From Octopus sinensis (taxonomy: Eukaryota), in contig NC_043004.1 of assembly GCF_006345805.1 (NCBI RefSeq), forward strand, positions 60,574,001 through 60,638,000: DNA of 64,000 bases, given 5' to 3'. The position numbers were made by a program, and so were the translations under genes. Shown here piece after piece: positions 27,413 through 39,763 of the stretch. Every line of letters starts with the position of its first letter. Positions within the stretch are counted from its first letter, which is position 1. The notes under the pieces were generated by a model, which was not told the DNA's origin, made no database searches, and worked only from the letters and a program-made list of their open reading frames with translations.

Positions 27413-28960
27413 TTTATTTCATAACATTTGCCATTAAGGCAGTACATAGAGTAAGTGAGCTTTGCGGGCTGGACGAGGACATTAATGAAATGAATGATAA
27501 TGAAAGAAGGATGATGAGGATGGGAGAAGACAAAAAGCGCCCGCCGACTTCTGCTTCTCTAAAACATTGTTCTTTTAAAAGCAAACACAAAACGAGGTAT
27601 TAAACCTCTTACAATTTTTACAACTTTTTAATTTTTGGACTTAACAGTCCATTACTAACAACAATATGGTTCAATAATTACATCTGATATAAATATAATA
27701 CACAAAGCCCCTCCTCCCAGACCTGGCTTACACTTCCCTTAGGAATGCGCCAGCTCTAGGTCGGGGCCCCTCAAGTCGTATCACAATTTATGACTCGTCC
27801 TCAAAATAACTTGTGCCCGCATCCTCCACCATCCACCACGCCTCCCTCAGAATGTAATCGAGTTCCGAGTTAGCGTCGCCCGGGACCAAGCTATAATCCT
27901 CATTGAGCTCCTTCAGCCCAAGCGTCACGTCGAACGCCACGACCTCCACAGCTACCTGCGGAGGCCATTCGGGGTCCTGTGTGAAGGCTAAAGGTGCTCC
28001 CTTGTGGTGCTTTTCCATCACCTTTTCAATCTCTCCACCTCTATGGAAGAGGATCAAAACATCGTTTTTGCTCGGGTGCGGGATATTCAATTATTTCGTT
28101 GGCGGCACAGTTCCCGCCAACGGTGTTTCTTCTCCTGTCGGTGGCACAACCCCAACCAAACATAGTTCCGGGGCATTCCGGTACTATGTCACCAACTGCC
28201 GGTAATGTCCCGTTTCTCTTCCTCTTTTTCTTTTTTTTCTTTTCAACTGAGGGTGGGTGCGTCTCCTCCGTGGCCGGAAGATTCGCCTTTCCCTCCTCAC
28301 CCCTAGTATCCTTTGGTGAGCACCCATTGCTGCTCACCTTCCTCTTTCGGCCTCTGTTTGAGGAGTCCTCTGCTTCCTCGGCCGTTATCATTCCCTCTTC
28401 TACAGGGGTTTCACTTAACTGTTCCGGGATCCTATTTTGTTCCCGGGGACAGTTCTTCTTTATATGGCCGGACTCCAAGCACCGATGACACTTAGGGGGG
28501 CGACCCTCAAGCATCACCGGGTACCTGCACCCGGCCATTTTCAAAAAATCTGGAAGAACCAGATTGGCTGATTGGGTCCAAAGGGTCAAAATTGCTTTTG
28601 ACCCAACCCAAGCAGCCGCAGGAAGAACTTTCACATTAAGGAGCTTAGTTTCGCTGCTACCCAGACCCCGGCGGATAGTCTCCTTTATCCACTCGGGTTC
28701 TATCCCGGGTGGCAGCCCGCAAATCCAAGCTTTTGTCAGTCTCTTTTTTTGGTACGTGGGCAGGAATAAAATTTCCTTACCCTCCAGGGGTTTACAAGCA
28801 AATTTGCAAGCCTCTCCAGGGGTGTCAAATAGCAACCACACCGTTGCATATTTGACACCCCTGGAAATGAATTTAATTGTTGGCAAATACTCTGCCAACT
28901 CCTACAGCGAGAAGGGCGAGCAATGATTTTCTAACGATACTGGCACTGGTACAAGTAATT
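27413..28960 (-). mobile_element. ORF1-only LINE-like unit (L1/Tx1-type gag-like ORF, 3' UTR, AATAAA)
   Basis: GC-richer block; zinc-knuckle ORF followed by ~370 nt non-coding sequence ending in AATAAA (27418-27413); no RT/EN on this strand; 5' boundary uncertain. Confidence 0.6.
28041..28898 (-). CDS. Gag/LINE-ORF1-like nucleic-acid-binding protein with a single CCHC knuckle (TTG start, likely 5'-incomplete; 27788-28090 may be a frameshifted C-terminus)
   Basis: 285-aa ORF: ICGLPPGIEPEWIKE...LPDFLKMAGCRYPVMLEGRPPKCHRCLESGHIKKNCP (CX2CX4HX4C), followed by a basic/acidic tail. Confidence 0.7.
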   Translation of the reverse strand: MAEYLPTIKFISRGVKYATVWLLFDTPGEACKFACKPLEGKEILFLPTYQKKRLTKAWICGLPPGIEPEWIKETIRRGLGSSETKLLNVKVLPAAAWVGSKAILTLWTQSANLVLPDFLKMAGCRYPVMLEGRPPKCHRCLESGHIKKNCPREQNRIPEQLSETPVEEGMITAEEAEDSSNRGRKRKVSSNGCSPKDTRGEEGKANLPATEETHPPSVEKKKKKKRKRNGTLPAVGDIVPECPGTMFGWGCATDRRRNTVGGNCAANEIIEYPAPEQKRCFDPLP

Positions 28961-29149
28961 TCAATAATTTTGTAAACACGATGAAATTCTCAAACCAATT
29001 ACATTTTAGCACATAACGTCGAAAGTATGACCTCAATTCAAACAACAATTATACGACAGGAAAAAGTAAAAGACCGCTGTTATATGCCACAAAGTAATTG
29101 CTACGCTATTTGAGGGACTGAGAGAGAATCTTAAGTTAGATTTATCTTC

Positions 29150-30560
29150 TTAAAGATACAGGACTTGTCTTGTGTCACCTTTCGTCGGTTCGAACGGTAA
29201 AGTTTGCAATATTAGGTGATGGAGAATATACGATAGTTTCCTTTAAAAACTACCGATACTGCAAGCTCAGTTATTGCGTGAATAACGTACCAATAAAACT
29301 AATATTAGAGAATTCGTGACTGGTAAAAAAGATTTCTGCAGCGTTGTTGACACCTGAATCGTCGTCACCTTCATCGCACATTATAGGTAAATGGTCGCTG
29401 ATGTTGTTGTTTGGTGATGTTCCATCAGTGTCAATCTGTGAATATACAAATTCTCATTGACATGGAATCCCAGGCTTTTGCTTAATGGGGTGGGCCGAGA
29501 AACAAAAGAGTCGCTACTGATAACTTTAAGCAGGAATCTCACTTGTCATTCCTGTAAATCAAAGCCATTTTAAGGCGTTGTGATTATGGCATTTTAAAAA
29601 GGGTAAAAACAGGGGAACAGCAGAACACAACATTTTAAGGCACAAACGGGCGCGAACGATGAAGCTTCGGAGGTTATAGCATTTTCCTAGCTTCTACAAA
29701 ATTACTTCGAGATTATCAACTCAATTTCTCAGGTAATATCATGACCGTATCTCTGCCGATGATGGAATATGCGTGCGTTGCTTAGAGTGGAGATGACTTG
29801 ATATTTTGGAAAATAGTAGGAGAATATTTAATCCAGCACTTTTGTGTAAATTTGATAAAATTCTCATATTACTTATTCCTCCTTGGGCAAGTGGTTTTCA
29901 GAGTCTTACTGGCATTAGATTCCTGACTACCTTTTGGGTTTTGCTCGAAATCTTCACTTAAAACATGTAGAGTTTCCCTTTTTGTACGCAGCAGAATGCG
30001 CGAAACACAACTTCATTTATGTTGGTCGTATAACAGAACAATTAAACAAAAGATTTGATGGACACAGATATGACGTGAGGGACAATAACACTAGTTAGAC
30101 ATAACTTGACGAACATTTGGCTTCAAATGGCTGCAATTTTGAAAAAAGACTTCAAAGTGTATATTCTCAGAAAATATTCTGAATCTGCTTCATTTTCGCT
30201 TCTCAAAATGCATGCGGAGAAATATGTTTTCGGGTTATTAACATCACACCCTACAGGAATAAATAAAATGACAGGAGAATTTCATGAAATTTACACAAAA
30301 GGTTTGATTAAATATTCTTCTTTTTCCTTTTCTTTTTCCTTTCCTCTTTTTTTCCTTTCTTATTTTTCTGCCTTTTTCTTTTCGCCAGTTATAAAATTGT
30401 AACTTCAAGAATGGTAACGTAATTCCATCAAGATGTGGACACTCGTTGCTCTCATTCATATTTTTGACTTGAATTTCTATAATTTTAAATTTTTATTTTG
30501 AACTCGACGAAGACATAGCGTTCAACCAATAAAATATCTATTGTAATCGCATCGCGCTCT
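29150..30560 (+). mobile_element. Degenerate Penelope-like retroelement (GIY-YIG end clear, RT part faint)
   Basis: About 29985-30315: YAAECAKHNFIYVGRITEQLNKRFDGHRYD...DEHL...KVYIL...EKYVFGLLTSHPTGINK; 5' boundary uncertain. Confidence 0.72.
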
Positions 30561-30607
30561 TCGTCTTGTCTGTTTAACTTTATGATGAGTTGCGTCAATC
30601 CTTTTGA

Positions 30608-30665
<58 letters not shown>

Positions 30666-30841
30666 TATTATATTATTATTATTAATATTATTATTATTGT
30701 AGTTGTAGTTGTTAAATGTACTATTAGTAGCAATGTTTTGAGGAGTAGTAATTATACAAAGTTCAATTAAATATATGTATTATTATTGCTAGTAATCAAA
30801 TGAATTCAAGACGATATCATTATTATTATTTATTATTATCA

Positions 30842-30872
<31 letters not shown>

Positions 30873-30897
30873 TATTATTGTTATTATTATCATTATT

Positions 30898-31371
30898 GTG
30901 TGTGAGAGCAGTGCATGCCATCAAAGTGACACTGGGATAAAATATACGAAGCCCAGTATACCCATCTTGACTACCCGTCTCATAAGGGTACACTAAGCAC
31001 ATGCATCACAACCATGTTCGCAACATGGTGACCTCATATCGAGATAAGCAGTACTTGACCTTGCCGGTGAGACCCAGTTAGAACTTTCATCTGGTCGAAT
31101 AACGCATCCAGGGTCGTTTAAGGAAGTTGAACGAATCACCCATGATTCCAAAGGTGAATTATTCAAACCCCCAAAATCTTTCTCAACACATGGTTATGAT
31201 GCTCCCCCACTACATCTGCTCGTGATCAAAGATGCACATATCATCAGTCACTAAGGGACATGCTAAACTATATAAGGTCAAACAACTAACAAGCAATACT
31301 GTGGTATTGAGCAGAATATTTGCGGTAGCCCATCTTTTATACCAAGACAAAACAATGTACATGATAACACT

Positions 31372-31378
<7 letters not shown>
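30898..31378. mobile_element. Non-coding repeat family D in (TTA/TCA)n
   Basis: Clear homology to 50915-51470; both copies flanked by trinucleotide TAA/TGA-type microsatellites. Confidence 0.75.
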
Positions 31379-31431
<53 letters not shown>

Positions 31432-31438
31432 GTTATTA

Positions 31439-31508
<70 letters not shown>

Positions 31509-31630
31509 AGTTCAAATTCTGTTGAGGTCGACTTTACCTTTAACCTTTTTGGGGTCGATGAATACGAATTATCCCCTACCCTGAAATTGCTACCCTTGTA
31601 GCACCATTATTATTATTAGAATTGTTGGTG

Positions 31631-31701
<71 letters not shown>

Positions 31702-32599
31702 ATTATCATTATTATTATTATTATTATTAGTGTTAGTATTAGTATTATTGCTATTGTCGTTATTTTATATATTTTTCTTACGTTTTTATGTTTTTATTTT
31801 TTTATTTTCGAATAAACGAACCCTCGAATTGAAATGCATTCTATTTGGAACCTTCTTTCAGAAAAAAAAAGTTATACACGTCCCAACTTTCCATTTGTGT
31901 TTTTCTACATAACCTGAGGCATAGTGATGTTTTCAGAAATCTATATTATCAAATACACAAAATATGTGGTGATGGTGTCGCTTAACAAACGAAGTGAAAT
32001 AGCTTGGTGGTGAGGGTGACGTTTAACAAACGAAACTAAATAAATGGAAAATAATAAGAACATGTACATCCCTGTCGAGTTTCCAGGTTTCCATTTTTTC
32101 TTTGTTATTTTTTTTACATGTCACACAATATTTTTTTTTAGCAAAATATTAAAAGAAATATTATTTCCTGAAGGGAAAAATTGCCAAATTCTTCTGCAAA
32201 ATGCTTTTAATATAAATATATTCTAGCTTAAGGGTGTCAAATTATTCAGCTAATATTATTTACATGTATTTGTTTGTTAAACAGCAGTTCGTGTACTTGT
32301 TTAGCCGCGAAACGGTACGCGATAACTTAACAGCTATGGCAACAATCCCAGAAATTGTCCATATTAAAAACAATAGCAGCCACGTAGAAAAAAGTACAGT
32401 GTATATTTCCTACACATATTTCCATTGCTCGTTTGTATCTCTATTACAGTTTCACTCGGGCATGATTCATCGTCGTAATTGATCCTGTATAACATGCCCG
32501 CGCGCACACACACAAACACATATACACGAGCACACACATGAACACGCGCACAAATTGAGTCACAAATACATATGCATATATATATATATGTATTTACGC

Positions 32600-32954
32600 A
32601 CACACTTACATACATACGGTCATGCATATACATGTATGCATACATGCATACATATGCATACATGCATACATATGGATATATACATGCAAAAATATACGCA
32701 TATGTACATACATGCACAGTTACATATGTGCCCACATGAATACATACATATATGTATACATACACATGTGCAGACATACACGCATACATGCAAACATACA
32801 TACATACATACATAAACACACATACATGAATACATACATACATACATGCGTACATAGGTACATACATCAATGCATACATACAGCAACACATTCAAACATG
32901 CATACATACATAGATACATACATACATACACACATATATACATGCATGCATACA

Positions 32955-32986
<32 letters not shown>

Positions 32987-33205
32987 GCATACATAGATAC
33001 ATACATACATACATACATACATAATACATACATACATCACATACCTACATACATACATACATACATACATACATACATACATACATACATACCTACATAC
33101 AACATACATACATACATACCTAATACTACATACATACTACCTACATACATCATACATACATACATACATACTACATACATACATACATACATACATACCA
33201 TACTA
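32600..33205 (+). repeat. Degenerate (CATA)n microsatellite
   Basis: Long CATA/TACA tract. Confidence 0.9.
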
Positions 33206-33720
33206 CTTCTGGGAAGTATTTCGTTGAAATAGATCCAATCAAAGAGGATTAATTTCTGATGAAGAACTTAACACAAAATGCAAGTGCAGATTTTCTAATG
33301 TGTTCTTAATTTAAAATTTGCATTGCGATCGTTTTGACTATTTCTCGTTTCCAAATGCCATTACAATATACATGGACATATATATGCGTATATGCGTGTT
33401 TGTGCTTGTGTGTGCGTGTGTGTGTGTATGTCTGTGTATGTGTTTGAGTATGCATATATAAATCTTTAGATAAATTGATATATGAGGTTCGCGTGAAGGC
33501 GCAAGGTTTAGTGTTTTGTGTGTAGCACTTACGATCTTAAGATCCAAGAACTGTGCTGTAATTTCGAGTAAAGCAAGTTCTATAAATATAAGTATATGTA
33601 TACCTACACACTTTCAAACACACACACATGCAAACTCACAAACACGCACATATATGTATGTATGTGGTTGGGAACCATCTTACCACAGAGTCACGCCTGC
33701 GCCGATATATATATATATAT

Positions 33721-34016
33721 ACCGGAGTAAACACATAAATGTGAAACAAGGTGGAAAAAAGAGTACTCAAATACCAGTGGTAGAGTAAAATGCTTTATTT
33801 AAAGCAGCAGAAAATTCAACAAAACCTGTTACTCTGTGTTTCTGTGGTCGTTCATCTATATTTACAGAACTAGCAAAACTGTCCGATGAACGGTAACGGG
33901 AGACTCAGAGTAACAGGTTTTGTTGAATTTTCTGCTGCTTTAAATAAAACATTTTACTCTACCACGTAGTTGAGTACTCTTTTTTCCACCTTGTTTCACA
34001 TTTATGTGTTTACTCC

Positions 34017-34019
<3 letters not shown>
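33721..34019. mobile_element. Palindromic (TA)n-flanked element, an inverted pair of pseudo-LTR-like arms with hammerhead-like motifs
   Basis: ACCGGAGTAAACACATAAATGTGAAACAAGGTGGAAAAAAGAGTACTCAA... mirrored at the right end; ~135-bp arms. Confidence 0.85.
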
Positions 34020-34058
<39 letters not shown>

Positions 34059-34269
34059 CTCAAGCGTAGCTGTGTGGTGAGATGCTTCCCAACCACATGA
34101 GTCCGGGTTCAGTTCCACTGCTTGGCACCTTTTGATAGGGTCTTCTACTATAGCCTCGGGCCAACCAAACATTTTTGAGTGGAGTTGATATATGGAAACT
34201 CAAAGAAGCCTCTCGCATATAAGTATACACACATATTTATCCACACACATACATACATACATATAGATA

Positions 34270-34575
34270 TATTTATATATATATAAAGATGAGAATCTGT
34301 GTCTCTGTGTCATTGTGAGCGTGAGAATCCCTAAAACTCGAGAACTACAGAACCGATTTCATTCAAATTTTACACATGCCTTAATTAGAGTCGATGCAGT
34401 GTCATGGGCCAAAGGCATTTTCAACATTTTGCTTAATGCGCGCCGAGAGAAATCTCTTATCTCTTACACTATTCAGTATTACGTGTCAAAAGTGAAAACA
34501 TCTCTCTAGTGTAATGTGAGATACTTTCAGTTTAATAGTCTTGCTATTAGTACTAAAACTATTAAAGTGAAATTA
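34270..34575 (+). mobile_element. Probable non-autonomous Helitron 5' part (second family)
   Basis: TATATATAAAGATGAGAATCTGTGTCT...AACTCGAGAACTAC...CCGATTTCATTCAAATTTTACAC resembles the 5' segment of the other Helitrons; 3' end not seen. Confidence 0.45.
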
Positions 34576-34661
34576 TTTCATATATATATATGTATGTAAC
34601 TGCACATATTTATTTTTATAGATATATATATGTATATATGTATAGTATACATGTATATGTA

Positions 34662-34732
<71 letters not shown>

Positions 34733-34736
34733 TAGT

Positions 34737-34915
34737 TGCAGGTGTGGCTGCGTGGTAAGAAACGTGGTTCCAAAGTACATGGTCCCGATTTCAGTCCTAC
34801 TGTGTTGTAACCTTCTACTATAGGTGCCTTCTACTATAGCCTCAGTCCACCAAAAGACTTGTGAATGGATTAAGTAGACAGAAAGTGAAAGAGATCCATC
34901 GTATATATACATGTT

Positions 34916-34946
<31 letters not shown>

Positions 34947-35152
34947 ATGTGTGAGTGTGTGTGTATGTGTGGGTATATGTGTATGTGTTTTTCCCTAATC
35001 ACTGCATGACAACTGGTGTTGGTTTACTTACATCTCCATAAATTACTGCTTTGACAAGAAGCGACCCATAGAATAAATGCCAGATTTATAAAAAGAAATT
35101 AAAAATGCACTGTGGTCGATTCATTCCACAAAAAATTCTTCAAGGCAGTGTT
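34737..35152 (+). mobile_element. Older diverged family B SINE (another partial copy at 34056-34216)
   Basis: GCAGGTGTGGCTGCGTGGTAAG head; CTTCTACTATAGCCTC...GTAGACAGAAAGTGAAAGA body. Confidence 0.7.
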
Positions 35153-36551
35153 TCATATTCTTGTTTGCCCATTCATTTGTATCTAGCAATCTACACACAC
35201 ATACATATATATACAGCAATATATATATATATATATGTATGTATGTGTGTGTGTGTGTGTTCGTGTATTATATAAAAGTCAATGTCTTTATGTGTTTTCG
35301 TGTGTTCCTTATAGACTCGAAAACTACTGCACACATACATGTAAACATACATACTTACCTATCTATATGTGTCTTAATGTATCTTATCGGGGGTGCCTTC
35401 TCTTTTCCTTACCCGTTTTTCTTTCTTTGTTTATAGTTCCATGAAAACAGGTCAGTGAAGAAATGACAGTGGTGTGGTTTTGGTTTGGATGGAGTCTGAC
35501 CAACCAGATGTAATTTACGCAGTGTTGTGTTGTGAACATCCTTTACAGCGTACCTGAAACGTAAAATACTGAATTAGGTCGCGAAAATTCAACGGACTGC
35601 ATTCAGACAGCGTACGTCTGCTTCTTCAGCTATGACTTCAGAGATAGTCCTTCAGGCAATCACTCTTCCGCCAGCTCGGTCCTTGCAATTGTAGGTACTT
35701 ATCCGTTTGTTCAGCCTTTGGAAACTTGGCTTTTCGTTTCTCCACGCATCGGAGTTTTAGATCTGCTCAGATCAGAGGAAACAAGTTCTCGTGTTAAATA
35801 TTTCAACCGGGACTCTTCCCCAAGTTCTGTTAGGAATAGTGTCTGAAGCGAAGCTATATATTTGTGCGCTACTCTGTGAAGGCTACCTCTCTACACCGTC
35901 CTTCAACCTCTCTATTTATAATCCTGTCCATTTATATGTATTCCTACCTACGAGCTTGTCTACGAATATGTCTTACTATCTACTGCTGCTACACGCTGCA
36001 TCTTCTGTTTCTCTTTTCTTGATTATTCAGGCGCCAAATGCTTCATTCGAATTTTCTCTGAAATCCTCAATCAATTTGCTGTTAATCTTCGATGAGGACA
36101 CTTTTATCTCCTCCCTCTTCTATTGCATTGTGACCTATGTTTATTTACATATGTACTGTATTCTATTTCACATCAGTGTTACTGTGTATTATTATTTGCC
36201 TCATCGAATTTAAGACCAACATATTTGTTATATTTTTCAAAAGAAGAAAACATAGGAATGAAAGACCATAATATTCTTTTCGCACAATAGTTTTATCGTT
36301 ATCACTATTAGAGCTGTCATGGCTTCCATCACCGGTTATTTTTCTTTAAAAATTATGTTTGTTATTTTCTAAAAAATTTTCTTATTTTCAGCCGGTTGCC
36401 GATCACCGATGTAAACAAGTATGATTTAGCTAATTTGGGGAATTGCTAACAGGTTCTTCACTCTGTTTTGATTTTCCTAGGGAGTTTTCATTATGATATA
36501 CGGCGTTATGATAAGGAACATCGATGATTTCGAACATAGCAGTTCGAAGAT

Positions 36552-37650
36552 AATGATGATGAGGAGGAGGAGGAGGTGGAGGAGGAGGATGAGGAGGTGG
36601 AGGAGGAGGTGGTGGTGGAAATGGGATAAGGAAGACGAATATGACGACCACTAGCTCGACAATCATGACTATAATATCGTCGTCGGCGGCGATGCCGGTT
36701 ATGTTTATGCTGAGGAAAATGATATTTTGTAGTGCTATGGTTTCTTCCATAAGCAAGTGACCTTAAGGAGCCGGAAAAATAGTACACGACATTTTGACAA
36801 GTGCTCTGACGATTCTGCCAATGATGGTGATACTGTAGTCGTCAATGATGACGACTATAGCGATAATCATAAGACGTGGATTAGAAGCTTAAAGAAGAAG
36901 AAGAAGAAGAAGAAGAAGAAGAAGAAGAAGAAAAGAAGAAGAAGAAGAAGAAGAAGAAGAAGGGGGAGGAGGGGAGGAGAAGAAAAAAAGGAGTAAAAGG
37001 AGGTGAAGGAGGTGAAGGAGGAGAAGAAGAAGAAGATGAAGAAGATGAAGAAGAAGGAGGAGGAGAAGAAGGAGGAGAAGAAGAAAAAGAGGAAGAAGAA
37101 GAATAATAAGAAGAAGAAGGTGGAGGAGAAGAAGAAGAAGAAGAAGAAGAAGAAGAAGAAAGAGAAAAAGATGAAGAATGTGGTGGAGGAGGAGGAGGAA
37201 GGGAAGGGGAGGACAGCAACACAACAGAAAGAGGAGAAGAAAGAAAAGAAAAAGATGAAGAAAATGTGGATGAGGTGGGTGAGGAGCCAGAAGGTAAATT
37301 TAGTTCCATCATGGCAACCCAATTTAACAAGTTTTGTCTGTGTAGGAATTTGCATTCGTTGAGAAATGTAATTACACTGAAATTGTTGTGAACACTCCAA
37401 TAATTGTCAGAAAAAAGAAAACAACTTCTGATTGTCTTGAAATCTCCAGCAACAATAATATATAAATAACACAAAGGAAAATAGTACAATTCTAATGGAA
37501 GAAGAATAGGTCTGCTGATTTTGTCGAAATTAACTCGCAATGTCGGCGGGATATACGTACGATTACAGGAAATGGTTGGTGAAAGAATTTTATTGAAGTG
37601 CTGCTTATATCATTGACGAATGATATGATGACGACGACGTGGTGGAGGAA

Positions 37651-37701
<51 letters not shown>

Positions 37702-38997
37702 AGGGAGGAGAGGAGGAGGGGAGGAGAGGAAAGGAAGATGAGGAGGAAGGGGTAGATGATATGACGAGAAAGAAGAAGTAGAGGAAAACGATGATGATGG
37801 GGATGGGAGGAGGAGGAGGAGAAGGAAAATAAGGAGAAGAAGGGGCAGATGATGATGAGGAGGAGGAGGAGGAGGAGGAGGAGGAGGTGGAGGAGGAGGT
37901 GGTGGTGGAAATGGGATAAGGAAGACGAATATGACGACCACTAGCTCGACAATCATGACTATAAAATCTCGTCGTCGGCGGCGATGCCGGTTCTGTTATG
38001 CTGAGGAAAATGATATTTTGTAGTGCTATGGTTTCTTCCATAAGCAAGTGACCTTAAGGAGCCGGAAAAATAGTACACGACATTTTGAAAAGTGCTCTGA
38101 CGATTCTGCCAATGATGGTGTATACTGTAGTCGTCAATGATGACTACTATAGCGATAATCATAAGACGTGGATTAGAAGCTTAAAGAAGAAGAAAGAAGA
38201 AGAAGTAGAAGAAGAAAAGAAGAAGAAGACGAAGAAGAAGAAGAAGAAGAAGAAGAAGAAAAGAAGAAGACGAAGAAGAGAAGAAAAAAAGAAGAAAAGA
38301 AGAAGAAGGGGGAGGAGGGGAGAGAAGAAAAAAGAGTAAAAGGAGGTGAAGGAGGTGAAGGAGGAGAAGAAGAAGAAGATGAAGAAGAAGGAGGAGAGAG
38401 AAAAAGAGAAGAAGAAGAAAAGAGGAAGAAGAAGAATAATAGAAGAGAAGAAGGTGGAGGAGAAGAAGAAGAAGAAGAAGAAGAAGAAGAAGAAGAAGAA
38501 GAAGAAAGAGAAAAAGATGAAGAATGTGGTGGAGGAGGAGGAGGAAGGGAAGGGGAGGACAGCAACAACAAGAAAGAGGAGAAGAAAGAAAAGAAAAAGA
38601 TGAAGAAAATGTGGATGAGGTGGGTGAGGAGGCAGAAGGTAAATTTAGTTCCATCATGGCAACCCAATTTAACAAGTTTTGTCTGTGTAGGAATTTGCAT
38701 TCGTTGAGAAATGTAATTACACTGAAATTGTTGTGAACACTCCAATAATGGTCAGAAAAAAGAAAACAACTTCTGATTGTCTTGAAATCTCCAGCAACAA
38801 TAATATATAAATAACACAAAGAAAAATAGTACAATTCTAATGGAAGAAGAATAGGTCTGCTGATTTTGTCGAAATTAACTCGCAATGTCGGCGGGATATA
38901 CGTACGATTACAGGAAATGGTTGGTGAAAGAATTTTATTGAAGTGCTGCTTATATCATTGACGAATGATATGATGACGACGACGTGGTGGAGGAAGA

Positions 38998-39047
<50 letters not shown>

Positions 39048-39195
39048 AGGGAGGAGGAGGAGGAGGAGGAGGAGAAGGAAGATGAGGAGGAAGGGGTAGA
39101 TGATGATGACGAGAAAGAAGAAGTAGAGGAAAACGATGATGATGGGGATGGGAGGAGGAGGAGGAGAAGGAAAATAAGGAGAAAGGGGCAGATGA
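36552..39195 (+). repeat. Direct tandem duplication, 2 x ~1.3 kb
   Basis: Unique blocks (e.g. GGAAATGGGATAAGGAAGACGAATATGACGACCACTAGCTCGAC and CATGGCAACCCAATTTAACAAG) occur twice, ~1.29-1.35 kb apart. Confidence 0.93.
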
Positions 39196-39408
39196 TGATG
39201 AGGAGAAAGATGATGAAGAAGAAAAAGATGATGATGATGATGATGATGATGATAAACGCTTCGTCGTCGACAATGACGATAGTGATGATCGATGGTGGTA
39301 GTGGTGATAGTGATGGTGTAGTGGTGATAGTGATGGTGTGGTGGTGGTCATTGTCGGCGTCGATATGCTATTACTTTGCTCTTGGTGTCCTCGACTGTGC
39401 TAGATTTG

Positions 39409-39582
39409 ATGGTATTCCAACTATAAAGAACGATACATTTAACTTTGTATATTGTGTCTTATGGACTACATTAACTAATATATATATATATATATAATAT
39501 ATATATATATATATTAGTAATGTAGTCCATAAGACACAATATCCAAGTTAAATGTATCGTTCTTTTTATAGTTGGAATACCA
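39409..39582. repeat. Palindrome centred on (TA)n
   Basis: TGGTATTCCAACTATAAAGAACGATACATTTAACTT...TTATGGACTACATTA-(TA)n-TAATGTAGTCCATAAG...AAGTTAAATGTATCGTTCTTT..TATAGTTGGAATACCA. Confidence 0.88.
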
Positions 39583-39706
39583 TATTACTTAAATTTTCCT
39601 CGAATGGGCTTTTACATGCCGAAGACTACTTGGTGTAATTGATAATATTTCCAAATTAATTAATTTCACCCTTCATTATTACGGATAACTATATATATAT
39701 ATATAT

Positions 39707-39763
<57 letters not shown>

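Noticed and set aside
33255-33295. Isolated CTGATGAAG motif
   Set aside because: No stem II or GAAA in the right context
35550-35615. Minus-strand GTACGC...CCTAAT...TTTCAG mini-intron-like segment with an adjacent CTGAAGA
   Set aside because: Flanks have stops in the frame I checked; no GAAA or stems to complete a hammerhead
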